Shown here: in pieces, positions 24,935 to 39,065 of the stretch
Numbering within the stretch: position 1 is the first letter of the stretch
Layout of the letters: every line of letters begins with the position of its first letter
The notes under the pieces: generated by a model
Told to the model about the DNA's origin: nothing
What the model saw: only the letters and a program-made list of their open reading frames with translations
The model's database searches: none
NCBI GenBank assembly: GCA_032718475.1
Contig: JAUCBJ010008853.1
Span: 3,098-67,097, forward strand
Reading direction: 5' to 3'
DNA: 64,000 bases
DNA from: Nemertoderma westbladi
Taxonomy: Eukaryota; Animalia; Xenacoelomorpha
Program-made: the position numbers and the translations under genes

Positions 24935-25070
24935 TCCACCAATACTCAACACGAGGTTCTTCCTTGGTGCTGTCAGATCAAACTGTAGGACTCAAAGGAA
25001 ATGCAACAACTTCGCAGACAGCGTTGTAAACATTTGGAATCTTTTACCGGCCAGTGTTGTTAATGCACGT
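24935..25070 (+). pseudogene. CR1-type LINE 3' end fragment
   Basis: Translates to YSTRG...NFADSVVNIWNLLPASVVNA. Confidence 0.6.
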
Positions 25071-25527
25071 GTACTGTAATAACCTTGGTACTCCAAGCAG
25101 GCCCGTATCGTGCGGGGGGCTTTGGGGGCACTGCCCCCCCAGAGAAGTCCCAATGCCCCCCCCCCCCCCCCCCCAGACATGTATTGTTCACTCGTCTTGT
25201 TCACAATTAATTAATAATAATATTTTTGGAATCAATATTATTGGATTCACATACTCCTGCCCATTGACCTGGCCTGACTCCCCACCATTCCATTTGGTCC
25301 AATTCTATAACTACATGACATTAATATACCTACCTACTGTACCTGTAATTACTAAAAAATACTCGAAAGCGCTAGGTTCTCTCATTGGCTACCAGGGTGG
25401 AGGGGTTGTTTGTTGTTGACCCATTGTTTATTTGCTTGTAGTTTGGGAGCCAGCTTGCAGCTAAAAGGCTTGGCGCTGAGGGTTGCTTGCGCTGGTATCC
25501 ATAGCTATAATTTGTTGTCACTTAATC

Positions 25528-25940
25528 TTATCCCTATTAAACCCGGGGGGGGGGGGGTCAATATGACCCCCCCGTGGTTTTTTTATTATAATTCTGAAAA
25601 AAAGCAGTTGGGAATCTGAAATTTGATGACTTTTCCTACAAATCTATTGTCTTCCTAATAGTGAAAACCGTATTCAAAAATATTGGGTACTTTTCGAGTT
25701 ATGGCACCATTTTTTAACCCTACTTTTGGCACTTTTTTTGAGACGTTTTTTGAAAATTACATTTCATTAAATATGAATTGTAACATCTCTATTTTTGATT
25801 TACACCGGTTTTTTGGTGTTAGAAATTTGATGGAATTCATATAAGATTTAGAAATTTCAAACTTGTTTTTTCGGTGGGTGCCAAATTTTGGTGCCAGCAC
25901 CAAATACCATTGCGTGGTTACAGTTGGTTTAAGGGGGTCC
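25528..25940. mobile_element. Probable piggyBac-like MITE
   Basis: Begins CCCTATTAAACC-poly(G)-GTCA..TGAC-poly(C) hairpin; imperfect GGTTTAAGGGG end. Confidence 0.4.
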
Positions 25941-25997
25941 ATTATTCATTGTCAGTAAATCACGTTTAAAAGAGTTTGTCAACAGGATGAGAAGGGT

Positions 25998-28900
25998 TTA
26001 AAAGGGTTTAGCATTGTCACCAATGTCCGCAGCAGGATCCGGAGTAGGGAACTTATCACCTCTCTTGGAGTCACCACTGTCATTGCCTTCAAGAAGGCAA
26101 AGCCTCTGGATAGGGCGTTGGTAGTGGCCTTTCGCCGTCCGTATCGTCACTGTCCTCGCAAGTCCGTCCTTGCTTGGGGTTATTTCCATGACTCGCGCCA
26201 CAGGCCAGTGGACGCGGTCTTTAAGGTCTTCCTTAACAAGCACCATGTCGCCAACTGCGACGTTCCGGTAGGTGTTATTCCATTTCCTTCCTCCTGGTCC
26301 GGAGGGTTATGAGGTACTCTTGGGCCCAGATTCTCCACCAATGCGCTGCCAGCGCTTGGGCCTTTTTCCAGTTGGTGTGTCTCGCAATATCATTGGGATC
26401 TGGGAACATTGCCTCTGGAAGAATGTTGGTCTTGGGTCTTCCGAGTAGATGTTTGGGTGTAAGAGGCTCTAGGTCTGTAGGGTCATCGTGGATGGGTACG
26501 ATTTGCCGGTTATTTAGGGTGGCCGTGATCTCGCAGAATTGTAGTGCGAAGGGTGTCATGGGTTACCCGGGTATCTCCTAATGCGACGCACATGGATCGT
26601 TTCACCAAGTCGATGAGTTTCTCCCATACCCCGCTCGTATGGGGTGCCAAGGGCGTTTGGAAGTGCCATTGTATATGGTGTTCCTTCCAGACTTGGGATG
26701 CGGTTTCGTCGGTGAACCATCCTTCGATAGCCTCTCTGAGTTCCCTTTCTCCTCCCACGAAGTTTGTTCCATTATCGGAGTACATATGCCATTGTTCACC
26801 ACGATCCGACGCAGAGCGTTGATAAAGGCGTGCTGCGTGAGGTGTACTATGAGGTCTAGGTAAATCACCCTTGACCTAAGGCATGTGAAGGTGGCTCCCC
26901 AGCATTTGATGTTGGATCGTCGCTCGATGACTGTAAATGGTCCGAAACAGTCTACTCCGGTTACATAGAACGGCGGTGAATCGGATTGCAGCCGTGTAGC
27001 CGGTAGGTCGGCCATTCTTTGGGTGAGCGGTGGCGCTAGGTATCGTCTGCAAGGGAAACATCGTTTTAAGACTTTCCAGATCAGTGGCTGGATGTAGGTG
27101 ATCCAATATCTTTGCCGGATGTTGGCCATAATCCAGTTCTGGCCCGCGTGATGGTTTTCTTCGTGACACTGCTGGATTAATAGCTTAGCTAGTGTTGATG
27201 TATTGAGGTGAGGCTAGTGTTGAGGTATTTGACTTCATATTCAACCGGGGCGTTCGCCATCCGGGTATTTAGTCGGATCAGTCCATCTTCCCCCATCATG
27301 GGTCTCAACCGGTAGACTGGGCTGTCAGGTTTCAAAGTCCTGCCCACGCTGAGCTGTTCCCATTCATCGGGGAATCTTTCTTTCTGTACGTATCTCACAA
27401 TACATTTCTCCGCAATAATGAGTTCTTGTATACTTTGTCGAACTATCGGTTTATTATCCTTCCACCGCAAGAAGTTACAAAGAGTCACGACGTGGTGGAT
27501 AAGACGTCTCATCGAGGAGGTTCACTCTATCAATAGTTGTAAGGACGCGGCTGATTGCGCAGTGGTCGCAACATTATAATGCCTGCCCGAGTCCTTTGCA
27601 GGCTCGGTCAGACAACTATAGATTTCCACGGTGGCGCTTCCATGGACTTTGCGAATCTCCTTGTCGTCTTCCGAATATTTCCCGCTATCTAGCTCAGGAT
27701 CGAATCGGGTGCTCCAGGTTAGTTGTGGTTGCTTTAAGAACCCCGGGCCTGTGAGCCAAAGTTTACTCTTACCAAGCTGTCGTGGGGTGGCGCCTCTGGT
27801 CAATAAGTCCGCTGGGTTTTCTTTTCCGTTCACGTGGTGCCATTGTTCTCGGTTGGTACATTGTTTTATTTCCGTGGCTCGGTTCGCTACGAACGTGGTG
27901 TGTCGCCATGATGGTGAGTGGAGGTAGTAAAGCACAATACTCGAATCAACCCAGAAATGCTGCGATTCAATGGGGATTCTTAGGTTCCCGCATGATCATG
28001 CGGTTCTGCCTCACTGCCCAGACTGCGGCCTGCAGCTCGTGTCTCGGGATTGTTGCCACAAATTCCCCAGATACCGTCTTGGCTTTGGAGAATAAGAAGC
28101 TCGTATCACCGTTTCCATCCTGACTTAATCTTCTTAGGAAGGTAACTACGCCGATTCCGGTATTTGATGCATCCGAGAAAGTATGGAGCTGGAATATATC
28201 GGTGGGTAGTTTGTCGAGGAAGAATGGTCGAGGGATCCGCATGAGGTGTAGCTGTTCGAGTTGTTCCGCCCACTTCTTCCATTTGGCACTGAGGTGTGGG
28301 GGGAGTTCTTCGTCCCATCCCAGTCCTTCTATCCACATTTCTTTGATCAAATTCATTCCGGCCAATGTTACTGGGGATATGAAGTTTAATGGATCAAATA
28401 TGGCGCTCTTTACAGATAAACATCCCCTTTTTGTCATTGGTTTGGGCAGGGGGTTATGTTTGAAGATGAACTGATCCAGTTCTTTGTCCCATTCGATACC
28501 GAGTATGCGGTGATCTACACCCTCGGCATACATTTTGTTGTCGTCTAGCCTAATTTCTTCCGGGAACCTTTCCATAAGTTCCTTATCGTGGGATCTAATC
28601 TTCACAAGAGGGAAACCTCCTCTCTTTAAACATTCCACCATTCCCATAGCCAGCTGATATGCCTCGTCGACGTTCTCAGCACCAGCGCATCCGTCATCTA
28701 CGTAGAAACATCGTCGGATGGTCTCTATGACTGTCGGAGGGAACTCATTTTCACACATAGTCGCTGTTTTCTTCAACATGTCGCTACATGCAACCGCCGA
28801 GTCCTTAGCGCCGAAGATTCTGACAATCATGCGCATTACGTCCACATCCTTCAAGGTGAGTTGGTTTATCTCTTGTGGAGTCAATGTTTAATCTGTCCAC

Positions 28901-30130
28901 AATATACGTAGGCAATCTGAGTCTCTTGGTAGCATTCGGACCTGGTGGAACATCGCTTTGATGCCGCATGTGAAGGCTATTTTGTTTTCTCGGAACCTGA
29001 TCAATACGCCGATCAGTGTACTGTAGATGTTGGGTCCGGTGTAAAGTTGGCTGTTTAAGGATTCGCCATGATACATAGCCACAGCGTCATTCACTACCCG
29101 GATTTTACCGCCCTTCCGGGCTTCCATCACGTAGTGGGTCGGGAGATAATATGTCCGTCTAGTCCCCTGCAGTTCATTCAGGGGCACCATTTCCGCCAAT
29201 CCATCTTCTAAATAACCTTTAACCACATTATTATATTTCTCTTTTATCTCAGGTAGCTCGTTTAACCGGCGTAAGATACCTTTGAGCCTCCTTAGGGCCA
29301 TGCTGGCGTTATTCGCCATCGGTCTATCTGGGTCTTTCCAAAGCATGGGCGAGCACCAATGTCCGTCTTTGAATGTTGCCTGGTCGAGAACATCCATACA
29401 ATATTGATCTTCTTCGGACGGATTCTCGTCCTTCTCAGCGAATTCTAGAGTCTCTAAGTTGAAATATTTTGTCATTTCCCGTTGGGTTTTTTCAGTTTCC
29501 AAGAATAAATCCTCGTCCAGGTCGGTTGCTGAACAGTAACCCACAGATATTGCGTTCTCTTTGATCTGGCATTTTGGAAGATATCTATATGTGTCGGTAG
29601 TCTCTTCTTTGATGCCACAGAGTGTCCATCCCATGATGGTGCGCTCCGCATAGAAACCATCATCCGGTTTTACAGATCGGGCTATGTCTCCGGTCGGTAT
29701 ATGTAATTCCGGTGTATCGAGCCCGATTAATAGCGTGATTCTGTTCAAGTCCAACGGTGGGCATCGTAGATCCACATCTTCCCGATCTAACTGTATGAGG
29801 GGTGCGTATTCGGATGATTGTCGGAATCGCACTCTGAGATCGGTATGCACCAGAGCATTTTTAATCGTTAGTTTGACCGCTTCGTAGCCTTTCATAACTC
29901 CTTCCATCCTGAGTTGTACCTCCCCGGACTCCACTTCTTTATGGTCGGTTATAGTCTGTATGGGCCGCCTGCAGGGTTCATAGTCTAGGCCTAGTTGTTC
30001 GAGAAAATCCCTGTCTGTGATCGTTCCGTCCGACCCATTGTCCTGTCCAGGAACGCGAGTGTTGTTAAGGATTTTCCGACCCCTTGGATTCTTACCAGGA
30101 TCACTTTGGTAAAGACCATATAACGGCGGT
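25998..30130 (-). pseudogene. pol: pol of element 2 (protease, RT, RNase H, integrase)
   Basis: AFLD protease; IKAMFHQV and FYVDDG RT; HTFSDAS RNase H; GVDCFGP, YSDNGTNF, GVWEKL integrase; YQRPIQRLCLLE tail. Many frameshifts. Confidence 0.92.
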
Positions 30131-33100
30131 TTATTAAATTGACTGTAGCTGATATGCCGGTCACATGTGATACGTCAGCGGTGGTCTTGAACGGATTGGT
30201 TTCCCTCCGCTGAATCGTCCAGGTACCTTTGGAGACGTGATTCGTTTCTCCTCTCTGTTTGGATTCGATATGGAACGGTAGGGTGGTGAAATCGAAATTT
30301 GCGGGAATGTGGAGGAGTGTATGATGTCGTAGGTCGTTACAAACCGCACAGCATGACCTTTGGTCGCAATCCCGTACGTAGTGACCTGTTCCAAGACACC
30401 GGAAGCATCCTCGGTGTTTCATTATTGCCTCGAAGCGTGGAACGAGTTCGGCGAACTAGAATTTTCTGCAGAATTCCACCTTGAGTTTCTCCCCACAGAA
30501 GAGACATAGAAGGGAGGTTGTTGTGCCTTCCCTCTCGGGTGCCCAATTTGCTAGATAGCATGCCCATTCCTCAGCCGATGTTGGTTCGTCATAGTCCTCA
30601 TCGTCGGAATCCTCGGCCATGGTGATGGCCATCGTACTCCCCGGAGGGGGGCGGAATCTCGGTTTCGGAGTGGGTGCCCTGCTCCTAGAGTTGTTCTCTA
30701 TTCCGTCTAACTTGGAGAGACTTTGCTTGGAGAACATCGAGTCGTTCATGGCTTCGGAGATATCATCTAGGAATGCCGACATTTCGAGGAAATTAGGATC
30801 CCAATCCGGGTGTCTGCATCTGAGATCGACACATTTATACACCCATTTGCTTTGCAACCATCCGGGGAATTTCCGGGCAATCTGACGGAGGTTTAGGATG
30901 TTGTTTACTTGCTCCTCCTTGTTCAATGGGTTTAAAGTGTAGTAGGCGTCTTTCATTGAGTCCGAAAACTCTTGGATATTCGGTGGGTCCCCTAGAGATC
31001 CAGCGTCCTGTATCCGTTTTTCAAGCGTCTTATTGATTATAGTTCCGATGTTACCATATCTCTTATCTAGAGTTTTCCACGCATCATAGTACGCTTCGTG
31101 AGATCCTCCTTCGAAACATTTTCTTTACTGGGTTTTCACATGGTATTTTCTGAACAAAATCGAGTATCGTTTCCGAAAGACAAATTGTCCAAGTCAAAAT
31201 CCAGTATGTATATTGATAATGTCAGATTTACCACGACAAAACCCAGTAAACAGAGTTACTGGGTATACAGCAGTTTGAGATACTGGGTTTTGACGTGGGA
31301 TTTCCCGAATGCAGATATTATGCCAAACCAAAACCCAGTAACTCCGGCAACGCAACAGACGTAGACAAATAATTAAATGTTCCAGAATATTATATTCTAG
31401 AATGTTGCCTCTTTGTTTTCGCTAACCGTTGGCGAAGGAAAGAGTTTTAACTGGGTTTTTGGCGAAGGGAATTGTCAGTTACTTGGTTTTGGCATGGGAA
31501 AAGTAACTGATTGGAAAAGTTAAATGTTAGTTTACTGGGTTTTGGTGTGGGAAAATTAGTTACTGTGTTTTGAAATGGAAATCATGACGTTACTGGGTAT
31601 TGATTGTTCTCTTTTCTACCATACCAAATCCGTGTAAGTCGATTCATAAGAAAAGTAAGGAATAAATTTAAAAAAAGTTTTTGACTTTGCACTAATATAT
31701 GTACAATTTGTAAAGGTACACAAAATTATAACTCATCAAATTAAATTTCAACCAAGTGCCAGCTGTTTAAAGTCCAAAAATTTTAAACGCGATTATCTCG
31801 AAAAGTCAAAAAATGTACCGTACTTACTGGGTTTAGGTTTGGAGCTGCCGAGTATTAGGAGAGTAGCCCCCCCCCCCCCCCCCCCCCCGGACAGTAGCCC
31901 CCGGGATTTTATATCACAGAAATTCCAGAATATAATATTTTTTTAATGTTTTTTAGTATTGGGTGAATATTCTAGAACAGTAGTAGATATGTTTTTGTAT
32001 GATAGCTACCCGTTCCCGTTCCCGTTCTACCAAAGCTGACTGGAATATCGTCAGTACCGGTACTGTGGGCCTTGGTTCTACACAGGAATACAGAATAGTG
32101 ATCAATAAAGCGGGAAATTTGAAGTTATTTTTATGTTAAGTTAATTTGCAATTTCAAAACATTGAAACTACTGTATAATTTTCCGATTTTCAGACAAAAA
32201 TAGGATGAAACTTTAAATATCTCTTTGTGGTCCTATGGCAATCTGAACCGATTATTACGTTACGGTATTTTCGGTAATACACAATTATGTTTCGGAATTC
32301 AGTAACGTAACGTAATTTGGAAATTATTCCGTAATGTAATATCGTAACGTAAAACATCCTTGGTAATGAGGGAAGCAACTCTTTATCTCATTTTAACTTG
32401 TGTGGTTCCTTTTTCCCCTTTATTTTAACTTTTGTGGTTACCTTTCCCCTTTTGGGTTCCTTTTTTGTGAAATTTGCCGCTGGGAGGGGTGTAACTACTG
32501 AAACCACTAAACACTACTTCCTATCAGCACTTCTTAAACTATCAAACTAAAGATTGCACATATGTACATGTACCGGTACCAAGGCCGAATAGAGGTCATG
32601 CAGCCAGAATTCAGCTTTTTAACTAGAGAGGGTTGAAGTGTTTTTAAGTGAAATACGATAGCAAAGGTAAACAAAACTGGTTTTCTAACGTTTTCGAGGG
32701 TGCTGAATCCGTTTTTACAACATTAGAAGCGTAAATAAATAAATTTCTTTATGTACTCCCATTTTTTTATTGTTAATTTTATAGTTCCTCTGTATTTCTC
32801 GTTTATTTGAATGTTTAATGTAAAATTGAAAAAAATGTTTAATGTAAAATCTTTCAAAAAAGATTCGGATTTAATTCTTAAATGTTATTAAATTAATAAT
32901 TAAATTAAAGCGAAATTAATGTTTACGAGGTTAGCTTTGTAATCTTCCTAATCTTCTGTTTATCGGGAGATCGAAAACTGGTTATGCGATTTAGTAGTGT
33001 GTTCAATTACACCATTTTAGCTTTGTGTGAAAATCCCTTTGGCAGTGAGTTGTCAGCTGAATTGAGTCTATTAATATCAAACCTCCCGATCTACATGGTA

Positions 33101-34961
33101 ATTGAATAACTTCCATTAAAAAAGCGTAAACATACAATGCCAGTTTAAAGAACTTGTTTGGAAACGTTAGTCTGCCACGATTTAAAACATATAGTGAATT
33201 ATCCAATATATAATTTGTCGCAGAGCTAAGCAGGGCATTTTTGCGCTACAAGATTCGACGTGGTTTGTCACCCAGGTATTGAGATAAATATACCAGTTTT
33301 TGCGCTTCGGTTATATACGTTGATCCAATCTGAGAAAGAACCATTTTTTAAATCCAAGATAATCAACGGGGTCTACCTCGAAGGTACGGATCTCCATCTT
33401 GGGCATAGCTAGGCGGTTCTCTAATGCTCGGATGATGCCGACGTCATCCGAACTAGGATGACTAGGAGGGTTATAGTTACTAACGCTTTCTCCCATACAT
33501 GATGGATCGATAAGAGGTGGAGTTTTAATAATGATGCGGTTACGGATTTTCGGGGTGGACGTGAATGGATTATTGGATCGAGGGGTGGCGTCCCATTCCG
33601 AGTTCTTTTCAGGCTTGTACTGGGGAACACTCGGTGCTGTAAGGTTGGAAGGGAGATAGGGTTCCTCATTCTTAAGCGTAACCGGTGGGGGATGGAATGC
33701 CGGTGCTTGCGCCGATAGTGTGGACCGGATAACTGGTGGGAACTCGGGTTTCGGAGGTTTTGCAGCCAGTGGCATAAATGACTTTTCTAATTCCGGGCCC
33801 GGAATTGGTTCATAGTCCTGTTCTATACCCCTTTCCCAGTCCTCGTACAGTTGGAGGTCCCGTTCTATGAGTGCGGCTTCTTAGTCTGCGAGTTTAGCAA
33901 TATCCGCATTCTTTTTGTGAATAAGAATCGCTTGGGCCTCGGCATTTCGTTTATGCTTTTCGGCCTCTTGTTTCCATACCTCGGCCTGTTGTTCGGCCTC
34001 TACTTTATGCATTTCGGCCTCTTGTTTACGTTGTTCCGCCTGTTGTTCGGCCTCTAGTTTACGCATTTCGGCCTCTTGTTTTTGTCGTTCGGCCTCTTGT
34101 TTCCGTATCTCGGCCTGTATTTCGGCCTCCTGTTTATGTCTTTCCTCAGCTAGTACGTCCTGTTCGATCTGTAATTGGACGTATTCGTCCTCCATTCGGG
34201 CTTTAAGGGCCAATGCCCTCTGTTCTCGTAGCTGATCTCGGAGTGGCTGACCCCCTTGGGAGCTGTGGCTGAACCGGATATCTCGCTCCTGGTGCTGGAG
34301 TGCTGGTGCCTCGAGGACCCCGTTCTCTTTTGCTGAACCACAGTCCTGGTGCCGGAGGTCTGCACTGATTCCGCGTCCGCCCTTTCAGTTCTTTTGTAGT
34401 ACTGCTCTTCGTAACCTCTCACAAGGCTGAGGGTCCTCCGATGTTGCTTACGGAACTCTTCCAGATGTGTAACGTGTTCCTCCACTCTGGGGTAGTTTTC
34501 CAGATTGGTTGCGGGGATGAGTTCCTGATATGCCTGTATCATCCGTTCATATCGTTGTAGGATACTTCGGATTTTTTGTAGTTGAGTCTGTATGTCGCTG
34601 AGGGGGGTCTCAACTCCCTTTAGTTGTTTCTCGATGCGGTGATATGCTCGAGTCAGTCCGCCTTTGAGAGCTCCCAGTCAACGGGCCATGTTCTTTACGT
34701 TTGGGACCTCGTTGGCTTCCGAGTCTGTGGGGGGCTCCATTTCATTGGTGTCGGAGACATTATCCATTATCATTCTAAAGCCTCGTTTATTGCTAGATAT
34801 GCGATATCGTAGAATAGTTTGTCGTAGGTTTCGTATTCAGCCTGAACTACCCGAACGGTAATCCTGAATCGTCCCACGTTCGTACCCTGTACTTCGACTT
34901 CAATGTGCCAGATTCCTGGCTCTACTTGGATTATATCAATAGATGTGATCGATACTTCCAT
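30130..34961 (-). pseudogene. gag: gag of element 2, split by a ~2.1-kb insertion
   Basis: Coiled coil, MPKMEIRTF, KLVYLSQYL / AWKTLDKRYGN on either side of the insertion, and zinc knuckles CFRCLGTGH and CAVCNDLRHHTLLH. Confidence 0.88.
31114..33215. mobile_element. Composite AT-rich DNA-transposon-derived insertion in gag of element 2
   Basis: Gag frame resumes on both sides. Repeated TTACTGGGTTTT motifs at 31125-31840, AGTAGCCCCC repeats at ~31860, and a transposase-tail-like LNRGRLTFP peptide at ~33170. Confidence 0.7.
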
Positions 34962-35657
34962 TCCCTGTTAACGACTCGCTATTAATGATCTGCCGACTAC
35001 GAGTTTTAGATTGAGTTTGTAAGTTGATTAAACCACGGCTTTGTCTTAAATCAAATACCAGAGTTTCCTCGTAGTGGGTGCTGGGTAAGCACGGAGAGAG
35101 TTTGAAGAATACTGTAGAATTCCCAACTTCCACCAGTTGAAGTTGGCCCCAAATTATTCTCAATTTTGTTGCCGTTATTCCCGACACCATGGGGAAAACG
35201 CCGATGCTGGAGGCGGAATTTTCAGACCACAGGATTCCGACCAGTCACCGGATATTGGGAGTGGAGAAGGAGTCCTATCTGAGATGCAAGATTGCAGTCG
35301 AGAAAAAGTTGCATTGGTTGGAAATAATCTTTAATGTAACTAAACTCTGAATGAATCCTGATTGAGAATAATTTGGGCTTCCCCACACCAATATACCAAA
35401 TATTCACAATAATACACGAACATATAAATTCCTGAGTACTGCTTGATTTTGCCTCCCACCCTTGGCACTTAAATATCCGATATGAGTCCCGTGCCCCGTA
35501 AGTCGCCCCAATAGTCGCCCGTAAATCGCCCCCAGTCCATTGAATATACCCAAATTCCATGTTCCCGCACCCAGTACTGATATTGGAATATTCATTATAA
35601 ATAAATCCGAAAAATATTCAACTCGCATTATGAAAAGTTGAAATACCGCGAACACTA

Positions 35658-36336
35658 TCCGTTATTGCTCGTTGTTGCTCATTGTTGTTCATTGTTGGTC
35701 ATTGTTGCACGTTGTTTTTCGTTGTTCCTCATTGTTGATCATCGTTGCTCTCTGTTGCTCATTGTTGCTCGTTGTTGTTCTTTATTATTACACGTTGTCG
35801 TTATTGCTCGTTGTTGCTCATTGTTAGTCATCGTTGCTCGTTGTTGTTCGTTGTTCCTTATTGTTGATCATTGTTGCTCACTGTTGCTCATTGTTGCTCG
35901 TTGTTGTTCTTTATTATTGCTCGTTGTTGTTCGTTGTTACTCATTGTTGCTCATTGTTGGTCATTGTTGTTCGTTGTTCCTCATTGTTGCTCATTGTTGG
36001 TCATTGTTGCTCGTTGTGGTACTTTATTACTACACCTTGCCGTTATTGCTCGTTGTCGTTATTGCTCGTTGTCGTTATTGCTCGTTGTTGTTATTGCTCG
36101 TTGTTGCTCATTGTTGGTCATTGTTGCTCGTTGTTGTTCGTTGTTCCTCATTGCTCCCTTGTTGCTCGTTGTTGCTCATTGTTGCTCGTTGTGGTACTTT
36201 ATTACTACACCTTGCCGTTATTGCTCGTTGTCGTTATTGCTCGTTGTCGTTATTGCTCGTTGTTGTTATTGCTCGTTGTTGCTCATTGTTGGTCATTGTT
36301 GCTCGTTGTTGTTCGTTGTTCCTCATTGTTGGTCAT
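35658..36336. repeat. TTG-rich degenerate satellite (TTGTTGCTC[A/G] units)
   Basis: Low-complexity 9-12-bp units with a higher-order repeat. Confidence 0.95.
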
Positions 36337-36479
36337 AGCCTCTGGTGTGTTCCAAAAAGGATACCAAAAGGATTCCGTCTTGGCAAAGTTTATGGTCAGT
36401 TTGTTTTCAATACACCATTGGGCTCATTCCATGAAAAGGTCAACCTCCCCACTAATTTCTAAAATTGAGATGTAGCTTT

Positions 36480-38400
36480 GAATTTATACTTATTTTAGGT
36501 CAAAATTTATCCTACTTCATGAATTCAGTGCCAAAAATTGTATCAACACAGGTTGTTTATCAAAAATAGTCGAATTACAAATTATGCACCTGCTCTGCAC
36601 AAAATGTGAATAAAAGTGTGCAAAAGTTTCGTTTCCTGTAGGCACTTCCTATGACCAATAAATTAACATTTCTGAGCATGTACCAAATCATAAACAAACC
36701 CCTTTTCGAATTTTTTTGGTTTTATTTAATTTCACCAGTGTTTCATTCCTCTGTAATGAAATCGATAAAGTTAATCTTGTGATGTCCCATACTTTACCTA
36801 AAATAGTGAAATTTTTAGTTTATTCACAGAGATGTAACTCTGCCTAATCACCCAGTGGAATGCAAAGCACGTTTGTGTTGCGTCATCGTATAAAACAATT
36901 AGTTTAATCTTCACTCCCTCAGAAATATCATGGCGGCCAATTGAAATTTGTCCCATACTTTACCATGAAAATGGCGATTATATTAGTGCACTGCATTAAT
37001 GTAATATGTGAAGCCATGAGTGTTATAATACTCTAAGGTCATAGACGGCCGTAAGAATAGGATTCTATATTTGAACTGAGAATCATTCCTCAGTCAATAA
37101 ATCTTTGGGTTTATGCATGTAAAGTCCCATACTTTACCAAAAAATAGTGAAATTTTTAATTTATACACATAGAAGTAGTATAACTCAGCCCAATCACCCA
37201 GTGGAATACAAAGCACGTTTGTGTTGCGTCATCTTAAGAAACAATTACCTGTAGTTTCATAATCTACTCCCTCAGAAACATCATGACGGCCAATTGAAAA
37301 TTGTCCCATACTTTACCATTATAATGGCGATTACATTAGTGCACTGTATTAATGTAATATATGAAACCTGGAGGGCAGGAGTGTTATTAATGCTTTAGGG
37401 TGATAGTAGTGGGAAGCATAGAAGTATGTATTTGAACTAAGAATCATTCCTCAGTTAACTAATCTTTGAGTTTATGCATGTAAAGTCCCGTACTTTACAA
37501 CAAATTTCAAAAAATTTAGTTTTTTAGAAGATAAGAAGATCGGTAAGTACAGTAATTGATACATTTTCAGAAAAATGGAAAGAATTTCTAAACTTTTTAC
37601 AGACTACATGTGTACCAAGTTCGGTTATATTTCATCAATGATTGGCAGACTTATTTCGGTTTTTATCAAAATTTTGAAACTATCGGTACCAACAGACAGA
37701 TGTCTGATATGTGACCTTTGATTCCTTAAACTTCAGATTCTTTCCAAACTTTTGACAGACTTCATACGTACCAGGTTTGATTTAATTTCATCTAAAAATG
37801 ACCGAGTTATACAGTATTAGCGATCAAAAATTAGACAGATGACATACAACTCCTAAGGGCACCCATATGCTAAGACTTCGGGTCAATTTGTGGGCCGCCC
37901 CACATTTTGTATCCATATCTTGGTTGGAAATACTTAGTTGCACTTTATATTTATAATACTTAGTTAAGTGTAAGAGACCATTTTGACCATAAAATTCGTA
38001 CAGGTCCCGTACTTTACTTAGCAATGTCCCATACTTTACCACACAAACCACACTGTAAAAAATTAGCAATGCAGCAATTCGTCTTATATTTATATTTTTA
38101 TTTAAGCTTAATAATACATCTTTATCCTAAACATCAACTCAACACCGTACCTGCTCACAATTCGCTAAATTTTAGAATTGAAATCATAAAATAAAAAAAA
38201 CCATTTCGTACGAATCCGTACTTTACCTTAATTGGACAAGTTGGCGTTTTCTCAAAAGTGACTAAGTCCCGCCATAAGCTTCGCGAAATCAAAGCTGATA
38301 TTCGAAAGTTTAATCCAAGCGCAATTTTGTGCACATATGTGCTGTGGTTAACATTGTACAGGCAATCAAAGTTGTGTACGAATGTCCCGTACTTTACTTT
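36480..38400. mobile_element. Non-autonomous DNA element with repeated GTCCC(A/G)TACTTTAC motif and ~345-bp internal duplication
   Basis: Motif occurs about nine times; ~36780-37125 is duplicated at ~37125-37500; a second partial copy lies at 22.8-23.8 kb. Confidence 0.65.
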
Positions 38401-39050
38401 GGAATGAGCCATTGACAGACTCTACCAATCGTGTTAGTTAATGAAATAGATATATTTTCTGAGTGTGCATCACTGTGGGCCAGTCCAGTATAGTCTGCGA
38501 ATATGGGCACTAGAGTGTCATCTTCAATTGCTTGGGGGATGTCATTGGTACCGCTGATGTACATTAGTACTCCGAGGATCGATCCCTGTGGAACCCCAAT
38601 ATCAATTTGCTTGCAATCGGAATGAACATCTCCTATGGAAACATACTGTTTAATTTGTTTATAACAGTTAAAACTTTCTTTGCTCAAATCGATGAGAACC
38701 ATACCTGTTAGTTGACCTCTATCTATGGACACACGGATGTAATTATCTAATAACATAAGCGCAGACTCTGTTGAGTAACCGATTCGATAACTGGACTGAA
38801 ACTTGTTTAGTGTGTTGTTGGATACTAGGTAGTACATCCATTGGTCAAACACAACGCGTTCTATTATCTTGGACAGAATGGCTAATAGGGCAATTGGTCG
38901 GTAGTTACCACGCTCTAAATTGGACCCTTTTTTTTCTTTATTGGATTAAGTTGCGCGACTTTGTAGCTTTGTGGAAATGTAGATGTTTCTATAGATTAAC
39001 TATGTGCCGGAAAGGAATTACTAGTGAGTTCAATCCATCTTTAATAACTC
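38400..39050 (-). pseudogene. CR1/L2-type LINE RT fragment with internal deletion
   Basis: FQSSYRIGYSTESAL, MVLIDLSK, GVPQGSILG, FADYT. Confidence 0.85.
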
Positions 39051-39065
39051 GGGCGGGAATACAGA

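Larger units (their letters stand above)
25998..35110 (-). mobile_element. BEL/Pao LTR retrotransposon 2, decayed, LTRs not recognisable
   Basis: Full domain order gag-PR-RT-RH-IN on the minus strand, broken into more than 10 pieces. Outer boundaries approximate. Confidence 0.9.

Noticed and set aside
35100-35650. Possible 5' LTR and fold-back site of element 2
   Set aside because: No second LTR copy in the window, so the boundary cannot be fixed and complementarity cannot be tested.
35638-36475. Hydrophobic Cys/Leu/Val-rich ORFs resembling membrane proteins
   Set aside because: TTG-rich simple repeat open in all three frames.
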